Part shown: positions 15,164 to 22,140 of the stretch, one piece after another
How positions within the stretch are numbered: the stretch's first letter is position 1
How the letters are laid out: every line of letters starts with the position of its first letter
IMG/VR virus record: IMGVR_UViG_3300027892_000107
Location: 1-30,541 of that record
Direction: 5' to 3' (one strand)
DNA from: a virus
Lineage: Duplodnaviria; Caudoviricetes
Length of the DNA stretch: 30,541 nt
The notes under the pieces: generated by a model
What the model was told of the DNA's origin: nothing
Databases searched by the model: none
What the model saw: only the letters and a program-made list of their open reading frames with translations
Program-made: the position numbers and the translations under genes

Positions 15164-15690
15164 TACAAATCCTCTGGTTCACCACGTGATTTACGCCAGC
15201 GACGATAAAGACCTACTTCGCGACCATAGGCTTCAATCTCCCATGGTGCGTCATAATACTCGTTATCGTCAGAGTCGTCTTCTCTAGTTTTGTATAGTTT
15301 ACCCTGCCACCGCGTTGCTGTCAAGCGTTTTCCAGAAAGACTTTTTGTTGCTATAAGATAAGCACCAAGTTCTCCGGTGGTATATTGCTTAAGATGCACC
15401 ATCTCATGGGCAAGTGTACGGAAGATATCGTTTTTCTCTTTTGGAATAATTCTTGGGCGATGTACTGCGTAGATCTGAAATTCTTTCAGACCAGTTTTTG
15501 GATTTCTTCCTAGTGGATCACATTCCCCATAGCAGTCTTGGCGGTTTCTTTGTCTAGTATCAACATCAACAAAAATCTTCAGTTTGTCACGGACTTTCTT
15601 TGACATAAGGCGGCGACCATAATAGTTAACCGCATCTTGGATGTTCGCCTTAAGCCGCTTGGATTTAGTACCCTTGACAATGATTTGCAT
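15163..15690 (-). CDS. Putative zinc metallopeptidase (HExxH)
   Basis: TLAHEMVHLKQY and YYDAPWEIEAYG; AGGAGA RBS. Confidence 0.8.
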   Translation of the reverse strand: MQIIVKGTKSKRLKANIQDAVNYYGRRLMSKKVRDKLKIFVDVDTRQRNRQDCYGECDPLGRNPKTGLKEFQIYAVHRPRIIPKEKNDIFRTLAHEMVHLKQYTTGELGAYLIATKSLSGKRLTATRWQGKLYKTREDDSDDNEYYDAPWEIEAYGREVGLYRRWRKSRGEPEDL

Positions 15691-15725
15691 TCGGTCTCCT
15701 ACGCTTAGTGGACCGAGTATTTAGC

Positions 15726-16283
15726 CTAGATATGAGTGTAGAAAATATGGTCTTGAATTTGCTTAACTTTTCCAGCTTTCGACCATTTTGGCGACACGTA
15801 GTAGGCGTGATAATACTTCGATCCGTTTGTAAAATCTGTTTTAACAGTAAGAGCTGTTCGGGCAATCAAGCGTGCGCGATGCGCAGCGCCCTTATCATGC
15901 ATGACATCTGAAAGTCCATCACAGTACCAGCTGAACTGGCAAACTCGTGGATTCTTTTGTTTGATGACTTCACAAACAGTCTTTGGAAATTCTTCGGCAG
16001 CGAGGCGATTCATCACAACCTCGGCCACTGCATATTGACCCTCGATTGATTGATCGCGGGCTTCAAAGTAAATATTCTTCGTCATGCAATCTAAATCTGC
16101 ATCACTGTAGATAGGAGTTGCAGGTTCAATTGAAACGAATGTGACTTCTTCTGGTTCAATAATTTTTTGATACACCAAACCAGGTGTGGCAGCATAGGCT
16201 GGCACGGAAGGTGTGATGTTCACACCGATTATATGTGACGCGAGTGTGATCGCGGCGCATGCTACTAGAAGCGACTTAAACAT
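15726..16283 (-). CDS. SleB/Hydrolase_2-type cell wall hydrolase
   Basis: CMTKNIYFEAR, GQYAVAEVVMNR, FPKTVCEV, CQFSWYCDG, YHAYYVSPKW, HIFY; signal-like N-terminus. Confidence 0.92.
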   Translation of the reverse strand: MFKSLLVACAAITLASHIIGVNITPSVPAYAATPGLVYQKIIEPEEVTFVSIEPATPIYSDADLDCMTKNIYFEARDQSIEGQYAVAEVVMNRLAAEEFPKTVCEVIKQKNPRVCQFSWYCDGLSDVMHDKGAAHRARLIARTALTVKTDFTNGSKYYHAYYVSPKWSKAGKVKQIQDHIFYTHI

Positions 16284-16304
16284 ATTGTATTCCCTACGTT
16301 TGCG

Positions 16305-16553
16305 TTAGCGTCTTCCGGTATTGATACCAAAGAAGTAGTTCAAAGCGAACCACAAAATCTTTAGCCATACTAGGACGGCGAAAAAGCACCCGATCAGGAG
16401 AGCAAGTGCTAACATTAGCGGCCAGAAAAAAACACATGTGAGAAATTGACCAAGGTCTCTTTCATCTGTTCCCTTGACAATATTATATCCAGTTGCAATA
16501 ATCCCTAAGGTTATTAGCAAATAGATACTAATCAAGAGAACATCTAGCGTCAT
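16305..16553 (-). CDS. Small two-TM membrane protein
   Basis: Two hydrophobic segments, FWP motif. Confidence 0.7.
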   Translation of the reverse strand: MTLDVLLISIYLLITLGIIATGYNIVKGTDERDLGQFLTCVFFWPLMLALALLIGCFFAVLVWLKILWFALNYFFGINTGRR

Positions 16554-16636
16554 TAAACGGCCACGGCTACTGTTACTATTACAATTAGTACTGCAATTGC
16601 GAGAAGTTGCAAAGAATGTTTCACTCGCGCTTTCAT
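16553..16636 (-). CDS. Tiny hydrophobic peptide (27 aa, MKARVKHSLQLLAIAVLIVIVTVAVAV)
   Basis: Follows a CATAAATA late-like box; TAATG-coupled to the next gene. Confidence 0.45.
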   Translation of the reverse strand: MKARVKHSLQLLAIAVLIVIVTVAVAV

Positions 16637-16655
16637 AATCTCGTCTACCTATTTA

Positions 16656-16738
16656 TGGTACCCGCTGCCGGAATCGAACCGGCACGCCGAAGCCACAGAT
16701 TTTAAGTCTGTTATGTCTACCAATTCCACCAAGCGGGC
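16656..16738 (-). tRNA. tRNA-Leu(TAA)
   Basis: Cloverleaf, long variable arm, encoded CCA. Confidence 0.95.
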
Positions 16739-16751
16739 TTATCTATCTTTT

Positions 16752-16780
16752 AATATACCCTACCCGAGCTCAATTGTCAA
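16752..16780 (-). promoter_or_regulatory. sigma70-type promoter for tRNA-Leu
   Basis: TTGACA-N17-TATATT. Confidence 0.75.
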
Positions 16781-16808
16781 CCAAAATACAAATTTTCTTT
16801 TTCCATAA

Positions 16809-16837
16809 TGGAAACGGGGACTTTCGTCCCCGTTCCA
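16809..16837 (-). terminator. Terminator-like hairpin
   Basis: AACGGGGAC-GAAA-GUCCCCGUU after the 16860 stop; short U run. Confidence 0.6.
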
Positions 16838-16859
16838 CTCATTAATTTTGAGTTAACGA

Positions 16860-17255
16860 TTAGACTGCTGGCGGAGTTGTTGTAAACTTCACCAAACGAG
16901 CCTTAACCATTTCCTGCACTTTAGCTTCGGTTATACCGAAGTGCGCAAGAGCGTCTGGTGTGTGGTTCTGAAGATACTCAAGCACGAACTTGCCGATGGC
17001 GTTGTCCACGTTGATTGTGATCTTCTGCTCATACACTTTTGCTTTGGCCAGATTGATGGCCTTGTCAATAGCAGGGTTAAGATAAGAACGGACTAGATCG
17101 TCAGAAACTAGACCATCAAGATGAACTTTTTGTAAAAGCCACTTGATAGCAACAGGTACTAGAGCTGCGATTGCTGCTGATGCAGCTGCGAAAACAAGCT
17201 GCACAAACGGTGCAACAAGTGTCATAAGGTCGAAGGTGTTAGTTACGGGATCCAT
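16860..17255 (-). CDS. Membrane protein, possibly holin-like
   Basis: N-terminal TM helix plus amphipathic helical domain; CATAAATA box and AGGAG RBS upstream. Confidence 0.55.
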   Translation of the reverse strand: MDPVTNTFDLMTLVAPFVQLVFAAASAAIAALVPVAIKWLLQKVHLDGLVSDDLVRSYLNPAIDKAINLAKAKVYEQKITINVDNAIGKFVLEYLQNHTPDALAHFGITEAKVQEMVKARLVKFTTTPPAV

Positions 17256-17310
17256 TTATTTCTCCTATAGGTGCCTATGCTCCTATTTATGAGAACGGAT
17301 CCCGCTGCTC

Positions 17311-17844
17311 TTATCCTCTCACAACATTTCCTTCGATATCAAGATAAAGACCGATATCAGCAAGCCAAGCAGGTAGACGTTCAATTTGTTCGGTTGTTCC
17401 ATATCTTTCCACCATCGAGACAACACGTTTCCAATCTGGGCCGACCCAGCTGTGATCATTCTTAGCGGAAGTGAGATAAGTCAGTTTCCGATTCCCGATG
17501 TTGTTTGGGAATGTTTCAATCACATTGTAAGGAAGACCTCTCAGGAATCCACGAGCAATGTTTGTCGCGCGAGCCGTTGGTTTCACATAGCGTCGGTTGT
17601 GATCACGAAGACCAAGGTAAGTATGCCAGCCTGTGTTGTTGTTATCATCTGCATTAATCATCCAAGAATGCTGCTCATCTTCGTTCTTAGGATCAGCGGC
17701 TTTACGTGCATCTTCAAGCAGACGAGCCCGATACTGCGAAGCCATGTACCTACGTTGTTGACGTAGAGCACGAGCTTGCTCTTTCTTGATAACTCGGCAT
17801 TCTTCTGCAAGGCTAAGAGCCTTGACTTTTAGTTCATACGACAT
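17311..17844 (-). CDS. Hypothetical protein (177 aa)
   Basis: AAGGAGA RBS. Confidence 0.8.
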   Translation of the reverse strand: MSYELKVKALSLAEECRVIKKEQARALRQQRRYMASQYRARLLEDARKAADPKNEDEQHSWMINADDNNNTGWHTYLGLRDHNRRYVKPTARATNIARGFLRGLPYNVIETFPNNIGNRKLTYLTSAKNDHSWVGPDWKRVVSMVERYGTTEQIERLPAWLADIGLYLDIEGNVVRG

Positions 17845-17865
17845 CTTAGTCTCCTTGTTTAAAGA

Positions 17866-17943
17866 TGGACGATAGGGTGGGATTCAAACCCACGGTGTTG
17901 GAGATTTGCAGTCTCCTGCGTTGGACCACTCCGCCACCTACCG
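17866..17943 (-). tRNA. tRNA-Cys(GCA)
   Basis: Cloverleaf, U73, CCA; T-loop TTTGAAT variant. Confidence 0.9.
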
Positions 17944-17950
17944 AATTGAT

Positions 17951-18027
17951 TGGCTGGTGCTCTAGGATTCGAACCCAGGACCTCGTGGACCAAAACCACG
18001 CGCTACTACCAACTGAGCTAAGCACCA
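17951..18027 (-). tRNA. tRNA-Gln(TTG)
   Basis: Cloverleaf, U1-A72, CCA. Confidence 0.93.
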
Positions 18028-18031
18028 TCAA

Positions 18032-18244
18032 CTAGAAAGTTGTTGGCTTTGCAACTGCACGTGTCAAGGCCATAAAACCTTGCTGCAGTTGCGTCACACC
18101 GATGGAAACCCATCGCTGGTCTACATCTGGTAGAGCTTTGATTCTATCAACGAGCAGTGAAATTACTTCGCCTTCTGATTTAATCAGATTAATCAAACCG
18201 ACTTCTTCATTCGTAAGAGTACGATAGCCTTTAATGTCGCTCAT
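18032..18244 (-). CDS. acb2: Acb2-family anti-CBASS cyclic oligonucleotide sponge
   Basis: IKGYRTLTNEEV.LIN.IK..G and RWVSIG.T.LQ.G.MAL.RAVAKP..F match the Acb2 pattern as I recall it. Confidence 0.85.
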   Translation of the reverse strand: MSDIKGYRTLTNEEVGLINLIKSEGEVISLLVDRIKALPDVDQRWVSIGVTQLQQGFMALTRAVAKPTTF

Positions 18245-18259
18245 TATATTTTCCTTTAA

Positions 18260-18334
18260 TGGAAGTCCCTGAGGGTTTCGATCCCTCTTTCCCTGCTTGA
18301 AAAGCAGATGTCCTAGCCACTAGACGAAGGGACC
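18260..18334 (-). tRNA. tRNA-Glu(TTC)
   Basis: Cloverleaf, CCA; atypical T-loop ATCGAAA. Confidence 0.88.
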
Positions 18335-18343
18335 GATTCCAAA

Positions 18344-18658
18344 TTACGCTTTTTCGAAGAACGCTTTATCGCCTTCGGCACGTTGACGATCAACTGATTC
18401 TACAGCGGCAAGAGCAATAGCTGCTGATTTAATCATAGACTGTCGGAACGCTTCAACCGTCTCTTTTGTATGAGGAGCCCAAGTACCATTCATCCAATTG
18501 GTCGAATACTGACCGATGTAGGATGCCCAGTGATGGGGAAGGTTGTATGTGTCGTCTTTAAAGTTTCCCCACTTCTCTGTTTGATATTTGCGCTCGGCGC
18601 GAACTTCATCGAGAATTGGTTCAAGATAATCTTTTTCAGTTTTTGCTTTAGTTACCAT
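18344..18658 (-). CDS. Hypothetical protein, possibly MazG-like all-alpha fold
   Basis: EVRAERKYQ.EKWG and IKSAAIALAAVE pattern; catalytic acidic motif not obvious. Confidence 0.5.
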   Translation of the reverse strand: MVTKAKTEKDYLEPILDEVRAERKYQTEKWGNFKDDTYNLPHHWASYIGQYSTNWMNGTWAPHTKETVEAFRQSMIKSAAIALAAVESVDRQRAEGDKAFFEKA

Positions 18659-18733
18659 TGTGTGTCACTTTCTTTTGCATAAGTTTAGTTATATGCCCAT
18701 GTTTTCGTAATCGCGGAGGGAGGCTCTCCTAGA

Positions 18734-18808
18734 TGGTACCCGGTGACGGGATTGAACCGCCGACAATTCCCGTGTAAAGGGAGCACTCTACCGCTGAGTT
18801 AACCGGGC
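18734..18808 (-). tRNA. tRNA-Val(TAC)
   Basis: Cloverleaf, CCA. Confidence 0.93.
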
Positions 18809-18835
18809 GAAAACCACACCGTACATATAGTTAAT

Positions 18836-18911
18836 TGGTGGACCATGACGGGATCGAACCGTCGACCTGAAGCTTGCAAAGCTACCGCTCTCCCAACTGA
18901 GCTAACGGCCC
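18836..18911 (-). tRNA. tRNA-Ala(TGC)
   Basis: Cloverleaf, G3-U70, CCA. Confidence 0.95.
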
Positions 18912-18916
18912 ATTTA

Positions 18917-18948
18917 ATTATACTACTATTTATCGTCTGAGAAGTCAA
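18917..18948 (-). promoter_or_regulatory. Promoter for the tRNA-Ala block
   Basis: TTGACT-N17-TAGTAT, overlapping TATAAT and an ATAAATA late-like box. Confidence 0.6.
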
Positions 18949-18953
18949 GCAAT

Positions 18954-19190
18954 TTATAGAAAAGCTTCAAACACCGAAGCTTCATCATCTGAAGTTTCTG
19001 AGTTAGCAATTAAACTTACTAGACCGGGACTAATATACACAAGATAACCTTCTTGTAATCCAGCAATCTGTTTTTTTGCTTCAGTAAGTGTTACACGAAC
19101 TGCGCGGTCGGCTTTAAATGGACTTTCAGACATCTTGGTGGCTGATACCATTTTAGTTTTTGGAATTATCATAAAGTAGTTTTCGAACAT
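18954..19190 (-). CDS. Hypothetical protein (78 aa)
   Basis: AGGA RBS; between tRNAs. Confidence 0.7.
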   Translation of the reverse strand: MFENYFMIIPKTKMVSATKMSESPFKADRAVRVTLTEAKKQIAGLQEGYLVYISPGLVSLIANSETSDDEASVFEAFL

Positions 19191-19206
19191 ATTTATATCC
19201 TAGAGT

Positions 19207-19296
19207 TGGCGGAACAAGAAGGATTCGAACCTTCGGGACCCTTTCGAGCCCGCGCAGTTAGCAACCGCGTGCCTTAAACCTCTCGGCCACTGTTCC
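19207..19296 (-). tRNA. tRNA-Ser(GCT)
   Basis: Long variable arm, G73, CCA. Confidence 0.95.
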
Positions 19297-19484
19297 TAAT
19301 CCTCATTAAAATCAACACCTTCGTACTGAGCATCACCATACCACTCACCAAAAGCATCCATCCATCCATCTGCCCATTGATAGAACTCAGATGTTCCTTC
19401 TTCGTATGGGTTATCTTCTTCTGGGATTTCGTTACGGAAAGCCTCACATCCATCATAGAAAATGTTTGAGTAAGAATCACTCAT
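19296..19484 (-). CDS. Small acidic protein with ribosome-modulation-factor-like pattern (62 aa)
   Basis: G.EAF......NPY.......QWADGWMDA resembles the Rmf G..A...PY...W..GW..A pattern; AGGA RBS. Confidence 0.55.
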   Translation of the reverse strand: MSDSYSNIFYDGCEAFRNEIPEEDNPYEEGTSEFYQWADGWMDAFGEWYGDAQYEGVDFNED

Positions 19485-19719
19485 TATCTGTCCTGAAAGT
19501 TTGAGCGTAATCGTCACATTGCTTGATGATAGTAACTGTATCAGTTTTTTTCTCGCGCATATCATCTTCAATCAATCGAGCATAACTGATGCAATCATTA
19601 AATGCATCTCTAACGTAATCACGCTCAAATTTTGTACAAGCAGTAAAAGCCACACAGGCAATGCCTAAGAGCAAGCAACGCCAAAGCGTCCTGGGTCTTT
19701 CAAGGTTTCTCGTTTGCAT
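19477..19719 (-). CDS. Putative lipoprotein (80 aa)
   Basis: Hydrophobic leader ending FTA-C (lipobox-like). Confidence 0.6.
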   Translation of the reverse strand: MQTRNLERPRTLWRCLLLGIACVAFTACTKFERDYVRDAFNDCISYARLIEDDMREKKTDTVTIIKQCDDYAQTFRTDNE

Positions 19720-19755
19720 TGGTTACTATAAACCCTTATTCACTGTGACTAAAAA

Positions 19756-19847
19756 TGGCGGAAGGTGAGGGATTCGAACTCTCGGGCCGCTTTCACGACC
19801 GGCAGTTTTCAAGACTGCAGCAATAAACCAGACTCTGCCAACCTTCC
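19756..19847 (-). tRNA. tRNA-Ser(TGA)
   Basis: Long variable arm, CCA. Confidence 0.95.
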
Positions 19848-19852
19848 TTATT

Positions 19853-19927
19853 TGGTACGCGAGAGAGGAATCGAACCTCACGTCGTTGCATTATCAGTGC
19901 AATGCTCTACCATTGAGCTACTCGCGC
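19853..19927 (-). tRNA. tRNA-Ile(GAT)
   Basis: Cloverleaf, CCA. Confidence 0.95.
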
Positions 19928-19928
19928 T

Positions 19929-20150
19929 CTATTCCTCTAAGTCAATACTGTAATTCCGAACCCCAGTTGGGTCAAGAACCACAACAACATCATAGTCGCG
20001 ATCATATCCTGCTACCATTGAGAGGCGATACACTTGACCGGCAACTTCTTCCATGGTAAGATTTTGACCACTGACAGTGAAATTCGTCGAACGCATCTTC
20101 ACATCGTTCTTGTAAAACTCAAGTTCATATTCAAACATTTTCGACCCCAT
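19929..20150 (-). CDS. Hypothetical protein (start 20150 or 20138)
   Basis: Directly downstream of a promoter. Confidence 0.65.
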   Translation of the reverse strand: MGSKMFEYELEFYKNDVKMRSTNFTVSGQNLTMEEVAGQVYRLSMVAGYDRDYDVVVVLDPTGVRNYSIDLEE

Positions 20151-20165
20151 AATGATTTATTCTTA

Positions 20166-20194
20166 ATAATACTCTAGAATCTATAGAAAGGCAA
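20166..20194 (-). promoter_or_regulatory. sigma70-type promoter
   Basis: TTGCCT-N17-TATTAT. Confidence 0.7.
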
Positions 20195-20212
20195 GCCTTT
20201 TTTGAAAAATTA

Positions 20213-20719
20213 TCATGATAAAGCAATAAACTCAGACTTTTTCAGAGTTTCTTTTGTGTTATCCAAAATAACTGCTGCTGTATTAGAACCAATATCTGTA
20301 GCCCAAACTTCTGCAGCAATTTCACCAGCGGTTGGTGCAGATCCACCGCCTGTTGATACGGTGATAGCTTGTACAGGTTGTGAATAATTTATTCTAATAA
20401 CAAAAGAACCTGTTGTGTTGGTAAATGGATCACCACCACCCGAACCAAGCAAAATTCCATTAAACACTCGTAGAGTATGATTGGCCTCTTGCGGTTTAAT
20501 TACCCACCCGTTTTTTAAAAACACGTAAATAGGCACTGTTGTTCCAGCGACAGTATCAATATCATTGCCACCCAAATTTTCCATAGCTACTGGAAATTTA
20601 GAATTGTCGCTTGTTAGGAACCAATCAACCCATCTACTCCATAAATCTTTAACATCGAGCACAGTTGTACCTGTGCTTAATGTGATGATCTTTGTACTGC
20701 CATTAAACGAAATTGCCAT
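20213..20719 (-). CDS. Putative virion structural protein (168 aa)
   Basis: Gly/Thr-rich, beta-like; last gene of the late module. Confidence 0.65.
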   Translation of the reverse strand: MAISFNGSTKIITLSTGTTVLDVKDLWSRWVDWFLTSDNSKFPVAMENLGGNDIDTVAGTTVPIYVFLKNGWVIKPQEANHTLRVFNGILLGSGGGDPFTNTTGSFVIRINYSQPVQAITVSTGGGSAPTAGEIAAEVWATDIGSNTAAVILDNTKETLKKSEFIALS

Positions 20720-20744
20720 AACATCATCTTACTATTTTAATATC

Positions 20745-22103
20745 TTATGGATTCACGTAAGCTCTATCCTGTTCAGCAACTACTGAAATCGCAATACCCT
20801 TTGAACGGGTGATAGTTCCGGTGGCAACCACAGGTTTTCCAAATCCTGGTCTTCCTGCAACAATTGTAATATCTGCATCTGTTCCAGCTGTTCTGCTACC
20901 CTGAACGTTACCATCATAGTCAAAGGTAAAGCTTACTGTAGCTCCTGAAATAGTTCCTTGAATTGCTGCCGGAGTTGCATCATTTACAGTAACGGCATCA
21001 GCTTGCCCGTAATCGTCTGTACTTGAACCTGGCAGAGACGTGAAATACATTCTATAATAGCTACCAGCGCCTTGCAAGAAGGAGTTGAATGTGATAACAC
21101 CAGCAGATGCGAATGCATATTGTCTCTGGACGTTATTTTGATCTAAGAATACGATTCTGTTAATATCGGCATCAAGAAGATTCTCGATAAACACGCCTTG
21201 TGTTGTATACAGCGTATCACCAACGAAATAAGCTAATTGGTTAGCTGTTTTACCAGTAACTGTTCCGGCACCGTTGTCGATATCTCCAGCTTGTCTTGTA
21301 AGATACTGTAGTTTCGTATAAATGTCTTCAAGTGTGTTATTATCACCATCAACAATAATTCTAAACGGATATCCTGTACCGCTAATCGTTTTCGTTTGGT
21401 TACTGCCAAAATATTCTGCAACAATAGTAGTATAAGGAGCCGAACCAACTGCGGTGTCGTCTGCTTGAACGTTAAGATCGGCTGAAACCGAAATAGGAAG
21501 TGAAACTTTAAATGCGCCAGTTGCAGTTTCACCGACATCACTCAATATAGCATCGTCGTATGTATAATCATATTCACGACAATAAAGTTTAAAGTATGTT
21601 CTTGTATCAAAGTTACCGTTCGAGGCGTCTCCAAATACTTGGATACCTTCGTTTGGAGCATCTGTGAATGTGAAGTTTATTGCTGTGCCACCGGAAGCTC
21701 TTTGGTAATAGAACTGTGCTCCTGCCGGAAATCCGGATGCAAGAGCCACAATACCAACGTACTGGCGATTTAGAGCGCCAGCATTACTAAATTCTGACCA
21801 ACCACCATCTCTAAGCATTTGGCGCGTAGCATCGTTAGCTGGTTTCCAACCCGAATACGTAGCACCGTCAGTTCCGAACTGAAACTGACCAGAACGAGAG
21901 TCGATAGTATACATAGGGAATGGATATTTGTTGTATGTGGATGTTGACCACAACTCCACAAACTTTGAATACAACGCCTGAAGGGTTACACCATCTTTAG
22001 CAACGAGTGAGCCAGCTACAGTGAGAGTAAAGGTTTTGGCCGCTGTATTAATAGTAAGATTGGTATCAACAACCAATAGATCTGGATCTGTAATTTTCGC
22101 CAT
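20745..22103 (-). CDS. Putative virion structural / tail-associated protein (452 aa)
   Basis: TATAAATA at 22132-22139, AGGAG RBS; Thr/Gly/Ala-rich. Confidence 0.7.
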   Translation of the reverse strand: MAKITDPDLLVVDTNLTINTAAKTFTLTVAGSLVAKDGVTLQALYSKFVELWSTSTYNKYPFPMYTIDSRSGQFQFGTDGATYSGWKPANDATRQMLRDGGWSEFSNAGALNRQYVGIVALASGFPAGAQFYYQRASGGTAINFTFTDAPNEGIQVFGDASNGNFDTRTYFKLYCREYDYTYDDAILSDVGETATGAFKVSLPISVSADLNVQADDTAVGSAPYTTIVAEYFGSNQTKTISGTGYPFRIIVDGDNNTLEDIYTKLQYLTRQAGDIDNGAGTVTGKTANQLAYFVGDTLYTTQGVFIENLLDADINRIVFLDQNNVQRQYAFASAGVITFNSFLQGAGSYYRMYFTSLPGSSTDDYGQADAVTVNDATPAAIQGTISGATVSFTFDYDGNVQGSRTAGTDADITIVAGRPGFGKPVVATGTITRSKGIAISVVAEQDRAYVNP

Positions 22104-22131
22104 TTGTCTGCGTAACTCCTAAGCTTTTTCT

Positions 22132-22139
22132 TATTTATA
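22132..22139 (-). promoter_or_regulatory. T4-type late promoter TATAAATA
   Basis: Exact intergenic match. Confidence 0.7.
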
Positions 22140-22140
22140 A

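Noticed and set aside
17846-18031. ORFs overlapping tRNAs (also 19765-19953, 27586-27939, 28979-29299, 26369-27121)
   Set aside because: Translations of tRNA genes or antisense shadows of real genes
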